A DNA stretch of 64,000 nt from Nageia nagi (lineage: Eukaryota; Plantae; Pinophyta): positions 38,192,001-38,256,000 of the forward strand of contig JBITNC010000002.1 in NCBI GenBank assembly GCA_050084985.1. The letters are read 5' to 3'. The position numbers and the translations under genes are program-made. The notes beneath the pieces were generated by a model, which saw only the letters and a program-made list of their open reading frames with translations, did no database searches and was not told the origin of the DNA. Shown one piece after another: positions 28,201-40,679 of this stretch (positions are counted from its first letter, which is position 1; every line of letters starts with the position of its first letter).

Positions 28201-28684
28201 TAGTAGCTATAGGGGCCCCATGTAGAGATCTACATTGAATACTAGAAGCCTCTTGAATATAAAGAGTTAGGCATTGTTGATCAAGATAATGGAAGAAGGT
28301 GTAGAGACAATTGTTGGATTCTTTGAATAAGCATGAAAACTCCCTTGAATCTCCTAGTAGATAAGGTATTTAAAAATAAAGTGTTGTGACTAAAACACAA
28401 CATGCCCCAAAATCGCAAGATTTTGGGGACCCTCAACGTGTCATGTATATACTTTGTTTTGTTGGCATCTTGTCCCACCCAAGTTGTGTTGCAAAGACCC
28501 GGATTCATGGATAATTCTTCTTTGGTTCAAGCCTCATTCTTCTCCTAAGGTTAGTCATACCAAGTTAGAACTTTTGAAATTCCCAAAAAATGACTAAGTT
28601 TGGAAAGTGTAAAGTTGGCCTTAGGTGAACCAAGGAGTCCAAGAAGAGTTGGAGCCCAACCAACTCAAACTGGGTGTCTCTGAG

Positions 28685-29620
28685 GGCTAGCGCATGGTTC
28701 AAAAAGACAAAATCTTGTCTTTTGAAATCATGTGACTAGGCCTGGAGGCCATCCAAATTGGAAAAAGAGACTCAAAAATGCAATCTGGGGCATTAGCAAG
28801 CCTAGTGCATGCCTCTAGAAGATAAAATCTTATCTTTTTTTGGCATGCGCCAAGCACAAGAACCAAGCTGGAATTGAATGGAGCACGAAAAATCTAAGGC
28901 AAGGGCATAACAAGGTTGGTGCATGGTTTCAAAAGACAAAAACTTGTCTTTTTTAACCATGTGACCTAGTTAGGAGGAGGAATTGATCAAGTTCGAGAGT
29001 CGGGAAGTCAATCTCAGGCACTTAGGAGGTTGGTGCATGCCTCAAAAAGACAAAATCTTGTCTTTTTTAACCATGCACCAAGCCTGGAAGGGCTTCTAGT
29101 TCGAGCAACAGGGAAAAATTCAACAAGTCATGGACCTAGAAACCTCATGATCTCAAAAGACAAATTCTTGACTTTTTGAGGCATACGACAAGCCCATGAA
29201 GCCTCCGGGATCCAAGAAAGATAAATATTTGGCAAAGGCATGAGCACGTAAGTATCAAATCGCGAAGATTAGGCCATCTGGAGGCTGGCGCATGATTCAA
29301 AAAGACAAAATCTTGTCTTTTTAAACCATGCGACTAGGTTGGATGGGCAAGCAAGGCTGGCGCATGCCTCAAAAAGTCACAAACTTGACTTTTGGAACCA
29401 TGCACCAAACTTACAGGCTACCCAAGTTGAGATGAAAGATCAAAATTGTCAAGTCCAACTGACAGGAAGACCAAAAATCAGGAGAAATCAGGTTACTGAG
29501 TGAGTTTGGTGATCAAGGCAAGCAAGCAGGAGACCCAACATTGGGAGCATGCTCACCCCCAAAGTTGGCGCATGATTTCAAAAGTCACAATTCTATCTTT
29601 TTTTGTCATGCGCCAAGCCA
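28685..29620. repeat. Array of 8 imperfect ~45-55-bp palindromes separated by largely unrelated spacers
   Basis: Core gcatg-N-aaaagacaaaatcttgtctttt-N-catgc starting at 28692, 28807, 28921, 29035, 29145, 29290, 29362 and 29570. Confidence 0.9.
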
Positions 29621-29715
29621 GTTTGAGTTCTCAAACCCCAAAATCCAAGCACAGGCGACTTTTCATGAATTTTGGGCCGGCATACATCTCAAGGTTGACC
29701 AAATGGAGGTCTGAG

Positions 29716-30498
29716 ATGATGTTTGCTAGTAACCCTAGCCGACTAGGGCAAGCTGGGAGCTAGTTGGGCTATAAAGAGCTTGAAGAAACAGTTGAGTCAA
29801 CTAAGGTGCCCACAGAGGAGCTCCGAAAGATCAAACCACTCAAGGAAGGCATGATTACAGTCAAGCAAAGACAAATAGATGAGGTCTTAGTAGCAGTACA
29901 GCAGTTCAGTGGGGCATTGGAGAGGGTAGCATTCGAGGAATAGAAGCTCAAGGTCATCGTGGTGGAGAGAACCAGTCTTCTCAGGATCTTGGATTCCAAG
30001 AAGCCCATGATCATGCAGGTTGAGATGACACAGAATCGAAGTCCATAGGATGTAAGGTTTTGTGAAGAGTATTGGTTCTATTTGGGAGTGATTAATCAGA
30101 TAGCCACCCAATTCCAGGAGGTGCAAAAGGATGTTAAGAAGCTCAACGACAAGGCAAATACTTGCCTTGAGCAAATGGAGTTCCAGATCAAGTTTGTCGA
30201 TGATGACACTACCATTCAAGATAGAGAACTTGTAGTGGCAGAAGTGAGACACTTCCTTTACAGCCAGATCATGACCGAGGACATAAACACCTTCCAAACT
30301 GGCAGACACTTAGAGCACTTACTCAAAGACCATGCTTGGAAGAAAGATATGTAGAAGATGGTTGAGAAGGTGGAGCGTTGTGTTATGAGAAATAGACTGA
30401 AGCTATCGAAAATGCTGCACAAGTTGGAACTTACAGCCAAATTCCTAGACGATGATTTCAAGGGACGAATTGAGACATTGGGCCCACCGGTTGCTTAG
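29716..30498 (+). pseudogene. Decayed ~260-codon helical/coiled-coil ORF inside the solo LTR
   Basis: Single frame from ATG 29716 to TAG 30496-30498, no frameshift, four internal stops that are all TAG (29761, 29941, 30046, 30352). Confidence 0.7.
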
Positions 30499-33400
30499 TC
30501 ACATTTTTGTGTTTTATTATATTTTCAAAAATTTCATAGTTGCTTTGGCAAAACTTTATTTTAATTGTTAATAAATTTCCCAAGTTTGTGATGGATGAGG
30601 ATTTGCTCCCACAAACTTGGATGATATCTTGTAATGCCATGTGGCATATTTTTGTTGGACCATATTTTATTTCTTGTAAGTTGCAATTAAGGTTAGAGCA
30701 ACACTTAGGGTTGCCAAGAAAACTATATATAGCCCATTAAGGCTCATTTGTAGGGGATTAGACATTTTGCAAATTGGGCTACTTACACAATATTTTCAAA
30801 CTTGCAAGTTTCCCTATTTTGTAATTGTGATATAATTTCAAGTAATTGAAGTGAGCATATTTTCATTTCGAACTATGAACGTGAATGTGTGTTACATCTT
30901 TATTCTATCTGGAGTGTTTGGAGCATTTTGTAAACCTTGCTAGGGTGGACAAAAGAGTGCATGAAAATCTTTCGAAATATTTCAAGTAGTGTATGGTTGT
31001 GACGTTTCATAGTTTGCACATTGGACTAGTATGTTTTAAGATGACTCGTATATATCGTTTAATATAGGGACTTCACTCCCCATTTGAGTTTTACCCACAT
31101 CATATCTTTCTTTTCCATTGCCTTAGCGCCAAGCTCCCCTTGTTAGGACACTCATGTTGTTGCCTTCCAAGTCGGATTCGGAGTGCGTGAAACCTAGGCC
31201 AAACCCGTACGAGTCTAGTCTTAGAAACCCATACTAGTCGGTGAGAATATTGCCCCTTGAGCTGAATTCATATTTAACCGTCTTCTCACAAGCTTTTTTA
31301 TTCTTTTTATTTCTTTTGCACAGCTTTCGCAACAAATCTTTTCCTTTTTCTTTCTTTCTTGAGAAACAACTATTTCTAGATCAGGGACCCTTCGAGTCCG
31401 AGTCCTTGGTTAACAAATTTTATTTGAGTTGGTGACAACTTTAAGCATCTCCACCGAATCACCTGAGTGATCCCTTGCACCCTTCACTTTCAAACCTTTG
31501 AGGTAAGCAATCCTCATAGCGGATAGGGGTTACGCCCTACCACTCAGGAGTTGGAGTCTTTCCATACGCCTTGTGATATCATTTGCCAATCAGCAAGGGT
31601 AGGAAAGAAAAAGCCCCCAACATAAAGTGCTTATCATATTCCAACTCCTGAACGAAGCAAAGATGACAAACACAATCCCCAAGTGGAATATGGTGGTCTT
31701 TTTTAATACGAAGTGGGTGGGAGCATACTCTCAACTAGCCAAGAGGGATCCTCAAGCCATGCGACCAATGATGTTGAAGATAGATAGGTCAACTAATGAT
31801 ACTATCGATATCAAGAAAAATATATTACACAGAGAAAAAAAGTTTGGCGTTAAGTGGCATAAAAGGAGAAGTCCATGTGACTAGAGTGTACTATTGATAA
31901 ATGTCATCACGAATAGACCTACAAATAATCATTTTTTAGGGATGAAGCCAAAAGGGGGCATAGAATGAGTACCTGAAGGGATAAAGTCAATCAATAGAGT
32001 GATCAATAGATTGACGGAGAAAACAAGTCTAGAAGAACAAACAACATCAACATTCAATGGAGGTTGCGAAGAGCTAAACAAAATATCTTGCAAAACCAGA
32101 AAAGCTAAATAAAATATCTTGCAACGCCAAAAGCAAAGTCCCCCATAGATAGGAGTTGAGAAAATAGAAGACAATGCCAATGATGCATTCAAGGCAAAGG
32201 GGAGGAATGGCAAACTTGGCATAGACAATGCCCAAAGGAACTATCTCTTTACAAAAGATCGAACGAAATATGAGTTTAAACTCGCTCAATGCAAGCCAAA
32301 TCAATTGGTCATAGATTGCACCTCCAAACCTCGAAAATGGATTTGAAAACATTGGTGTTCTAGGATAGAGAGGGAGGCGTAACCCTTGCAAAGTTGCAAC
32401 TAGAAGGTGGGTCCCAAATTGAAAGAATGTCCAATAAATAAAGCCCCCAAGTAGGTGAAAGAAGTGGTCACCTCCAAAGGATCCCCTTTGTAGAAAAAGT
32501 GGAATTGGGAAATCACATTTTTGGAAAGGTTAAAGATCATATCCTTCGATTTACTAAGATTAACCACAAGTTCTTGAAGATTGCATAAGCAAGCAAGAGT
32601 ATTCAACAATTTGTATAAACCATTTGCAAAGTGAGAGAGGAAGAAAACCCTAGTTGACACCAATGGTAATCTTGTCAGCATGAGAGAGGCCATGAATAGT
32701 TAAGAATTGGCCAACCATCGTTTCCTATAACCTTGTGATAGCATAGAGCTAGACCAAGAGGAAATCAGCATGCACAACTACAATCAACATTGAATGAGTA
32801 TGGCCTTGATATCTGAGTGATAGATCATTATGCGTACATCAACAAATTCAAAGAAGCAAGACAACTTAAAAAAGGGTCATAGGGGATGATGAGGATTTTT
32901 GTGAAGTCAATGCAAAGCCAAGGTGGATCCCAAGAAGGTTGAGCCCAACATTGGTTTGGGAAGCTAATGTGGAGGAGCAACATATCAACATGAAGGTTGG
33001 TGCTAAGAAACAAGAGGGTCCACCAAGGAACTGATGACGTAGCCAAATGCTATGGCTAAATTTTGCAACCTTTGATGTTACAGCAAAGCAGGCGTCACGT
33101 ATAAAGAATAGGCCAAGACTAGTAGTTGAAGTGGGATTAATCAATCCACCAATGTAGGATAAAGGTTGGCTGAAACCTTACCCAAGTATGTAATCTTAAG
33201 TTATCTCTTTACAAATTTACAATAATCTCATAAGTGCTCCTTAAACAAGCAATTGAATCATCATTCATAGCACAAATTGTTAAAAATGAGATCAATGTCT
33301 TATCCAGTTGGGCAAAGAGTAGCAATCTTTTAACAGCGTGAACAAGAAATAAAATTAGAACGGAAATAACTAGGTAGATTTACACAACAAAATAATCAAA

Positions 33401-34939
33401 ACTCAGAAATCTATAACTAGTGAAGAATTACTTTCAAGCTATAGCAAATGATCTCAGTACAAGAAATGACACAAAAAATTTACACACAACATGCAACAAG
33501 CCAAGAATAGCTGATTTTATTGGTACCATTTCAAGAAATTACAACAATAAAGTCTGAGAACAACGAAGGAAATAATCTCAGGACTAATAGATTTACTATA
33601 TAATCAATATATTCTTCCTTCACATGAAAAACCGGAAATAATCTGAGGTTCATGGAGGCCATGGAACAAGAATGTGCAACTAAAGAAAAATGGTGAAAAT
33701 AGAAAGTAGGACCGCAAGAGAAAATACTCAGACCTCTGAATGACACTTAGCAGATGCCTGGAGAATTGAATTTCAAATCCTTTAGCTTGTCACCACTAGT
33801 TCTTTTATAGTTGAGCTGACTTGTAGAAGCGGCCATGATTGGACACTTGTATTCATTTCCAATTGTCCTGTGTTGGATCATGTCTTTTATCACACAACGG
33901 TTGCAAGTACCTTTACCAATTAGTAATCTTTATCAGAAAGCTTATGTAAATGAAGCTAACCACTTTTTAATCTTTGCCACCTTAGCTATAATTCAACTTT
34001 ATCTTGCCATGTTAGATCAATGACCAAGATTCTGAACAATCTATGCTTTGTAAATCATCTGGGTATGAATTAATTTAGCTAAGCTGGAAAAACAATGTTT
34101 ATTGGACTAAGTTTTTACTTGTCGGAACTAATTATCTTCTTTCTACAATTTTTGACATTCTGTAGTGTTTCCTTACTTTTTAACTATCCATGCTCAAAAC
34201 CACAAATTCCAGACTTTTTCTTGCTTTTTGATGTCTCCACAGAACAATTTTATCATTTTCAAACATTTTAAAATTAGAATTCCAAACATGAATCTTTATC
34301 TCCACGGGATTTTTTTACATGTTGATGTCATCTTTCTTCCATTAAAACTCCAATTGAATGATTTCGTATTGCCGAGCACACAATCTCCAATCTCAACAAA
34401 GATTTCCAAGACTTTGAGGTAGTATTGTTGATGTGGTCTATTGAAAAAGTCCAATCTCCAGCTTTTCCTTAGATTCACTAGCTTGCCTCCTATCTCACTT
34501 CTTTGTCGGACTTCCAATCTTTGGCTTCTTGTCTTTTCTAGACTAACAGAATCATACTTCCTAATTTTGAAACAACCAAAGCATTGAATCACTATCATGG
34601 ATTTAGGAAGAATATCCAAGGGAGGTGGATGGGAGTACTCACTGGAAAAGATGGGACAACAATGAGGTGGCCAAGTAGAAACACAAATGAGAGGGTCTTA
34701 TCACCTCGCATCCGATGTAAGTATAACATGGTAATCTGGAGAATGCATGGGAAATCATTTCCCAAGATGGCTCGAGGAGAGGTGTGTCTGTGCTAGAAGA
34801 TGGACCAGGTAATGATGCATGCTTAAGACGTCAAAGTGATGGAAGGAATCGCTCAATGTTTTAAAAGCTCCTATTGGTGTGTCGGCATCAGCATACGAAG
34901 AAGAGGAGTTCCTAATTTACATGCAGAGAGCTTTGGTTT

Positions 34940-35851
34940 AAATGGCAGAAGGCAAAGTACGAGGGATTGATGGAGGGCATAAGGACTTACACCCGAAGCT
35001 TGCTAAGCTCCTAGTCAATGATGATGTTAAGGAGGTCTTGGTGAACATGAGCTATTGGGGCTTTCTGGAATTCTTCAAAGGCTATGATGTAAACATTACC
35101 CATCAAATGGCAAATAGCTAGGTGGAAGGACGTGTTTCAATGGGATCTTTTATGTTTGAGATTACTATAGCGGTGATGATAGAGATTTCAAATTTACCGG
35201 ATGATGGGCTGAAGATCCAAAGGGATAAACATCCCCAACAACCAGAATTGGACTCTTCCACCACCAACAAGAAGATAAGATTGGATGGAACAGGAAATAT
35301 ATTGAAAGAAAGCCTGCCTCAACCTTGGCCAAAAGTGGCCGGCACAATCATGAACTATCACTCTAGACACCCAAATGACAGGTGTAAGAGGCTATCACCT
35401 AGCAATCTTGAATCAGATGAGATGTAGGAAAAGGGTGACTATGTCATATCTCTTGTTCAAGGAGCTAGAGAAAGCTGCGGAAGATTGCTAGAAGAGGAGA
35501 ATGAAATTTTCCCTTCATCAGGGTTTGTTCCTAGTTGTGGCCAAACACATGGCTAAGAAACATGTTTTGATGGGGGACCCAGACAATTTCATACCAAGGC
35601 TGGAGCAGGAAGAGAAAGGAGGCAAAGAGTTGGGTGCGTCTGGAGGCAAGCGGAAAAGAAAGCAAGTAAAGGAATCAAATGAATCCTTGGACGTCAGTCC
35701 ACCTACTTCACCAACTGGAGCAGGTGCAAGGAGCTCGATGAAGAAGGTTCGTGCAAGCAGAGGCATATTGCTAAGGGAGATAGGGTCTTTGCAGGGAGCT
35801 TTGCTAGCAGGACTCAACAACATTATTGCTCAGGTGGACAAGCTCCAGTAG
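34940..35851 (+). pseudogene. Decayed TE accessory ORF (putative plant transposon protein-like)
   Basis: FKGYDVNITHQMA..GRVSMGSFMFEIT..ISNLPDDG...KESLPQPWPKVAGTIMNY(I)TLD..GYHLAILN...LHQGL followed by a basic low-complexity tail; frameshifts; resembles TE-associated ORFs I recall from conifer genomes; element ends not resolved. Confidence 0.55.
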
Positions 35852-37282
35852 TTTGTCTGTGAGGAGCTGGGCGTGTGACTATTTGATGTATGATGACTAC
35901 TTTTGCAAGGAGGGGAATTGGATGATTTTGACGCCTTTGGAAGGCCTACGTGTTGTAGTTATGTAGTCGGATGGCATAGAAGTAGTATTTTAATAATACT
36001 CGCAAGTTTTGAACTATTTTCTTGGGAATTGATGTTGAAAATCAAGGCGTGATAATATGTATAGGCTTATTGGTTCCCTCCAAAAATCACAATCATGGAC
36101 TTGTTTTGAAATCAAAAACCGAAACTTTGAAAAAGAATGCTCACGTGAAACCTTCGAAAAAAATTGGCCATCCAACAAATGCCAATAAATTATGAGTTGA
36201 AATAGAGGTGAAATGGGACCCAAATTCTTAGTTCTTTCCATATTGGAAAAAGGTTGAAAGATTTTCACGGACAACATAAGAAGACTAACTTAAATAGTCC
36301 GTTACAGTGAGATGTTTGCACTCTAGTTGGGTTTTGAAAGAAAAGAACTTTAACGTATGAATGTCAAAAATCCAAGCAAAATGTAAAAACCAAAACTTTG
36401 AAATGTCCATATCAGCACTTTCCTTAAAACAAGTTTCAGCATGGTTGTATAAAGGTTATGAGATTGAGGTAAAGCTCAGGAAGTTGAGAAGTCTGAAACT
36501 TTTCAAAGGCATCAACTTGATTGTGTCAAATCCCAATCAATTCAAACAAATTACGCGGAACCCAAGAAATAAAAGCTCCAGAGTCGTTGGAATCCATGTC
36601 ATCATAATCTTGCCCAAAGTCTCAAATGAAGATAAAGGCAAAATGTGAAAATCGGAATTTTTAAGTATCCACATTAAGAATGTCCTTAATAATGTTTTGA
36701 CCTCAAATGGAAGGCCTCAAGAGGAATGCAAAGCCCCGATAGTAAAGACTGAAACTTTTGAGACACTTACATCAACATTACTTACAACAAGTTCTGGTCA
36801 ATTTAAGCAGATCAAGCATAACTCGATGAATTAAAGGCCCAAAACTTTGGAGATAATGATGTGGCACCTCTTCACACATCTTTTCCTTGCACTTCACATA
36901 TCTTATCACACTTGATCTTTGAACTTACGTGACACAACCATGTCACCTTTTGCACTTCATATCACTTTTCACATATCGAACTTGAACAATTAGATGAAGA
37001 TGTGCAAAGTGCATTAACTGTTGATCTAATCCTATTCTTTTTGCGCATATGTTTTGCACCATCAGATCCATAAGCGCAATATTCAAACACCATCAATCTC
37101 ACCCACCGCAAATCCTCAATCATTGATTCCATCACAATTATGACAAATGCAATTTATGTGAACATGCGAAAAACTACCAAGTGGCACTTTGGCAGATCCG
37201 AGAATGTTTTGGAAATAGAAGTGTGAACCCACATGAAATAGTGCCACATGTCTTACCAACACCAAAATTCCAAGCAGGGAAT

Positions 37283-37355
37283 ATACCATAGTGGGACCAA
37301 ATTTGCATTAAGCAGGTTATACCATAGTGGGACCAAATTTGCATTAAGCCGGTTA
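37283..37355. repeat. 36-bp tandem duplication
   Basis: ataccatagtgggaccaaatttgcattaagc.ggtt x2. Confidence 0.85.
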
Positions 37356-38596
37356 TGAATATGACCAAGTTTTAAAGGAAAATGTCTAGAAATAAAGTTA
37401 TGTATAAATCATATGAAAACAGAAAATTTTCACAAATGATAGTAAAGACATATGCAAGCATGAGAAAAAACACAAAAACATGAGACCGAAAATGTAGTAA
37501 ATACAAATGGAAGCTCAAGAGCCCAAATATCTAGGAATGGCTAACGGAATCCAAAACACATGTAAACTTCAAAACTTTATATTGAACACCAAAAACATAG
37601 ATGCAATTGATGTTATATTCAAAAAAAAAAACCGAATATTTATTATAACTTGAAAAAATTATTAATGAATCCTGAAGATTTATGGCCGAAAGAGAAAAGG
37701 GAGTGTTTGTTATACTCAAACATCAAGAAAGCTGAGAATTCAGGTAGCGATGTACAAAAACGAAAAAAGGGAGCATGGAAGAGCCAAGAGCTCATATGAG
37801 AAGACTGTAAAACAGGACTTATTAAGAAGTGAAATCAATCTCCAATGTTCCACGACGGAGTAGTGCACATTGTTTTATTAATAGATGTACAATTATTCTA
37901 ATATTAAAAGTATTGTTGGTCTATTAATAGATGTACTATAGTTCTATTAATAGGGTACAATTATTCGATTAATTAGACGTATTATAAATAACCATGCTAT
38001 TAATAGATGTTATCTTTAGATAGGCTACTCTGTTATTATGAGTTTCTTGTTTATGCCTCAAATCAAGAATTACAAATCACAGAGTTATTACAACCTTTAC
38101 ACAACATTCATATCAAAGATTTTCCTACCAGCCAGGGGAAAATGTCCAAGACATTAAAGCCCCCATCAATCAAAATAATGACAGAAACATCAAAAAGCAT
38201 TCCACCTCATGCAAATTTGCCAAAGAATCTAGGTCTTAGCTGAGGTGCACAGGGGTGCCCATCTTGGATCATTGCAAGAAACAGTTAGCTAGTGGAAGGC
38301 TCATTCATGTCTTAGCCAGTACCAAGATCATAACACAAAATGTCTGACAATAGAAGATATCTCAATAGGCAACGGGAAAAAATCATTATTACGAGGTAAG
38401 GGCATTTAAATTCAAGAAAGCATTCTATAGTTTTAAAATAAAGTAGCATAAAAAAAACAACCTACACAATCCAAAATCCCTTGGTGAATAATAACTGCCA
38501 ACTAATCACTGGTATATTTAATCCAATTACATTGAACGAAAAAAGTCTATTTTAAAGAAATATACATATTAAAAACTAACCAAAGCCATTGAGTAC

Positions 38597-38834
38597 CTTA
38601 TCTGCCCTCTTGTGGGTACTCTTGACAAAAAGATGCCAGAAACTCAGCACAGCTACATTATACAATATAATTGCACCTCGATAAAAAGCCAAGAAGGGAC
38701 CAAATCGATAATAGACTGAAAGTGTTTTTGAACCATGACTGCCTAATGCATGTCCAAATTCAGTCTCGAGTGATGCTCTTCTAGACTTTGCAAACTCAGC
38801 TGATGGCTTATCACCATGAACACTTGTCGAGAAG
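38597..38834 (-). CDS. ABC1K2: ABC1 atypical kinase exon (N-terminal region); 5' boundary uncertain (other AGs extend it to ~38854, 38892 or 38925)
   Basis: TSVHGDKPSAEFAKSRRASLETEFGHALGSHGSKTLSVYYRFGPFLAFYRGAIILY...FWHLFVKSTHKRADK closely matches the recalled At5g24970 N-terminus (TSVHGG.PTAEYAKLRRESLETEFGHALG...YRFGPFLALYRAAII...KRAVK); donor AAG|gtactc. Confidence 0.92.
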
Positions 38835-39894
38835 CTGCACGACCACCAGAAGTTCTGCTCGATCATATATATCTTGTTAACATTTATTAATTCTAGATAA
38901 GCATTTTTTAATTTTATGCTCTTACTACAGCATTATAGCTAACATATAATAAAATAAAATATCATAAAACAAACCCAAACTATTACATACTTTGTTCATT
39001 TTCTATGATCAAAATATGAAATAAAAATAAAATTGTTTACTTTCATAATTAATATAGAATCTCTTGCTTTTAATTAGCATTATTTTAGTTTGCAGTTATC
39101 CATACATACTTTTGTTGGCTTGTAAATCCCTTGAAGTAAGGAATCATAGAAGCTGCCCTTCCAAAAGATTCATGACTTTTGAACAATTTATAGTTACATG
39201 AGTTAGCTGCTGGTATACACTCTGTGTGCATTGCTGCATCAAAAAAATAGCATCTTAATATTTGATACTTCTAAACAAATATAGGCTAACCGCTCCTGGT
39301 TGTATAAGGCAAAATATTTTAAACCAAATAAGTTAAATAATAGCATGAAATTGCACAAAGTGAACGCAGCATGTGGTATGGAACAAAGCCTTATATGTTA
39401 ATCCAGCTTACAGATTATATAATTAACATATATATAACAAAATAAAGTTAAGAATTGCAAACACCAAAAGGTTTGTAAAAAAATATTTGAAATTTTTCAA
39501 GCTACTGACCTTTAAAAATACCAACGGGAATAAAGAATCCCAAATTTTCAGAAACTCTGAATGCGCTTATAATTTAATCTATATAATTTCAATTCAACAA
39601 AATTGCCAAAAAAACTAGTATCTCTGCACCAAAATCAGAATGAATCTAAACGCTAGAATTATAACACTGGAACCATACAAAACAGAATAACCATGAACTC
39701 AACAGCATACAAGTCCAACAACATAATAATGAACCAGACTTTGGCATAATGAAAAGAAGCCAATATTACACAATCTCAGGTGAAAATGGATTTCTGTAAA
39801 TATGTCCTGATATATGGAAGGGATAACTTTCACATGATACAAAAGGGTGATAAAATCAAAATCAAACAGTAGATAGAAAAATGTTTAACTATAC

Positions 39895-39960
39895 CCCTCG
39901 TATCTATCCTAGCAAGAGATGGGCATGAATGTCGATTATCCCAAAGCAGAAAATGTCTGT
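39895..39960 (-). CDS. Candidate 66-nt ABC1K2 exon (DRHFLLWDNRHSCPSLARIDTR)
   Basis: tttatttattcag acceptor, G|gtatag donor, open in phase 1 as required after the start exon; no homology support. Confidence 0.4.
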
Positions 39961-40679
39961 CTGAATAAATAAATAGACATTACAAGATTTTGACTATTTT
40001 ACAAATTCAGACACTTAACACTATATTTAAGGCCTAATAAATTGAAACAGATTGAAAATTATATTGATGTAAAGATAGTGTCAGGTTTATGTATTAAGTG
40101 CCAAAACTGCATGCAAAAGAGAGATTTGTTTATAGTTCCCATGTTGCTGGGGCACCATATTTAGTACCTAACAGTTATTTGCGAATTAACTTACTAATCA
40201 TCTCTTATAGGTGCTACATTGAGAATGAGCTTGGACACAGTTTATTTTCCAATCTATCTAGTCTTTGCTTAGTTCTTAATAGCAATATCATTCTTTATAG
40301 GTTAAGATTTCCAGTTTTCATATCTATTCCAATGTTCATTTTATGAAACATTCTAAGCAACAACAAATTTTGGGAAGTTCAGTACCCACCAAACAACATG
40401 ATTTTTAATTGTTCAAAACTCCATTCTTTATATCATTTCCAATGTCCATTTATCAACCATGCAAAGCAATGACTTAAAACTCTTTTAGGTCATTTTCAGC
40501 ATGCTCTAAACTCCCGCTTCTAGCCTATGCTATTTTCAACCTTTTTCCAACACACATCCAACAATTATATTATTGGAATAAGTGAAAAATTCATTCCATT
40601 GTTACGTACTGAATGAAGACTTCTTTTTACAAGTACCATTGACAATGATACTTGTAAAGATTTTAATTTTTATTGTTAG

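Larger units (their letters stand above)
28382..31622 (+). mobile_element. Large solo LTR (3241 bp), probably gypsy of Tat/Ogre/Athila size class
   Basis: TGTTG...CAACA inverted termini; 5-bp TSD TAAAG (28377-28381 / 31623-31627); TATA-like CTATATATAG at ~30723; no PBS or PPT flanking. Confidence 0.85.
28200..33150 (-). mobile_element. Non-L1 (RTE/RTEX/L2-like) LINE ORF2 remnant interrupted by the 3.2 kb solo LTR
   Basis: LVVNLSKSKDMIFN...LEVTTSFTYLG resembles the LINE at 42950-43080; removing the LTR rejoins ELEYDKHFIFK.LIY.EIQG, a decayed C-terminal zinc-finger region. Confidence 0.7.

Noticed and set aside
28685-29620. Bona fide CRISPR array
   Set aside because: Repeats are degenerate, spacing becomes irregular, there are no cas genes, and it lies inside a TSD-flanked eukaryotic LTR.
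33807-33855. Cryptic minus-strand exon (cag|GAC...CAA|gtcagc)
   Set aside because: KRADK joins FRRIL directly in the homologous protein, so no exon is needed and there is no homology support.
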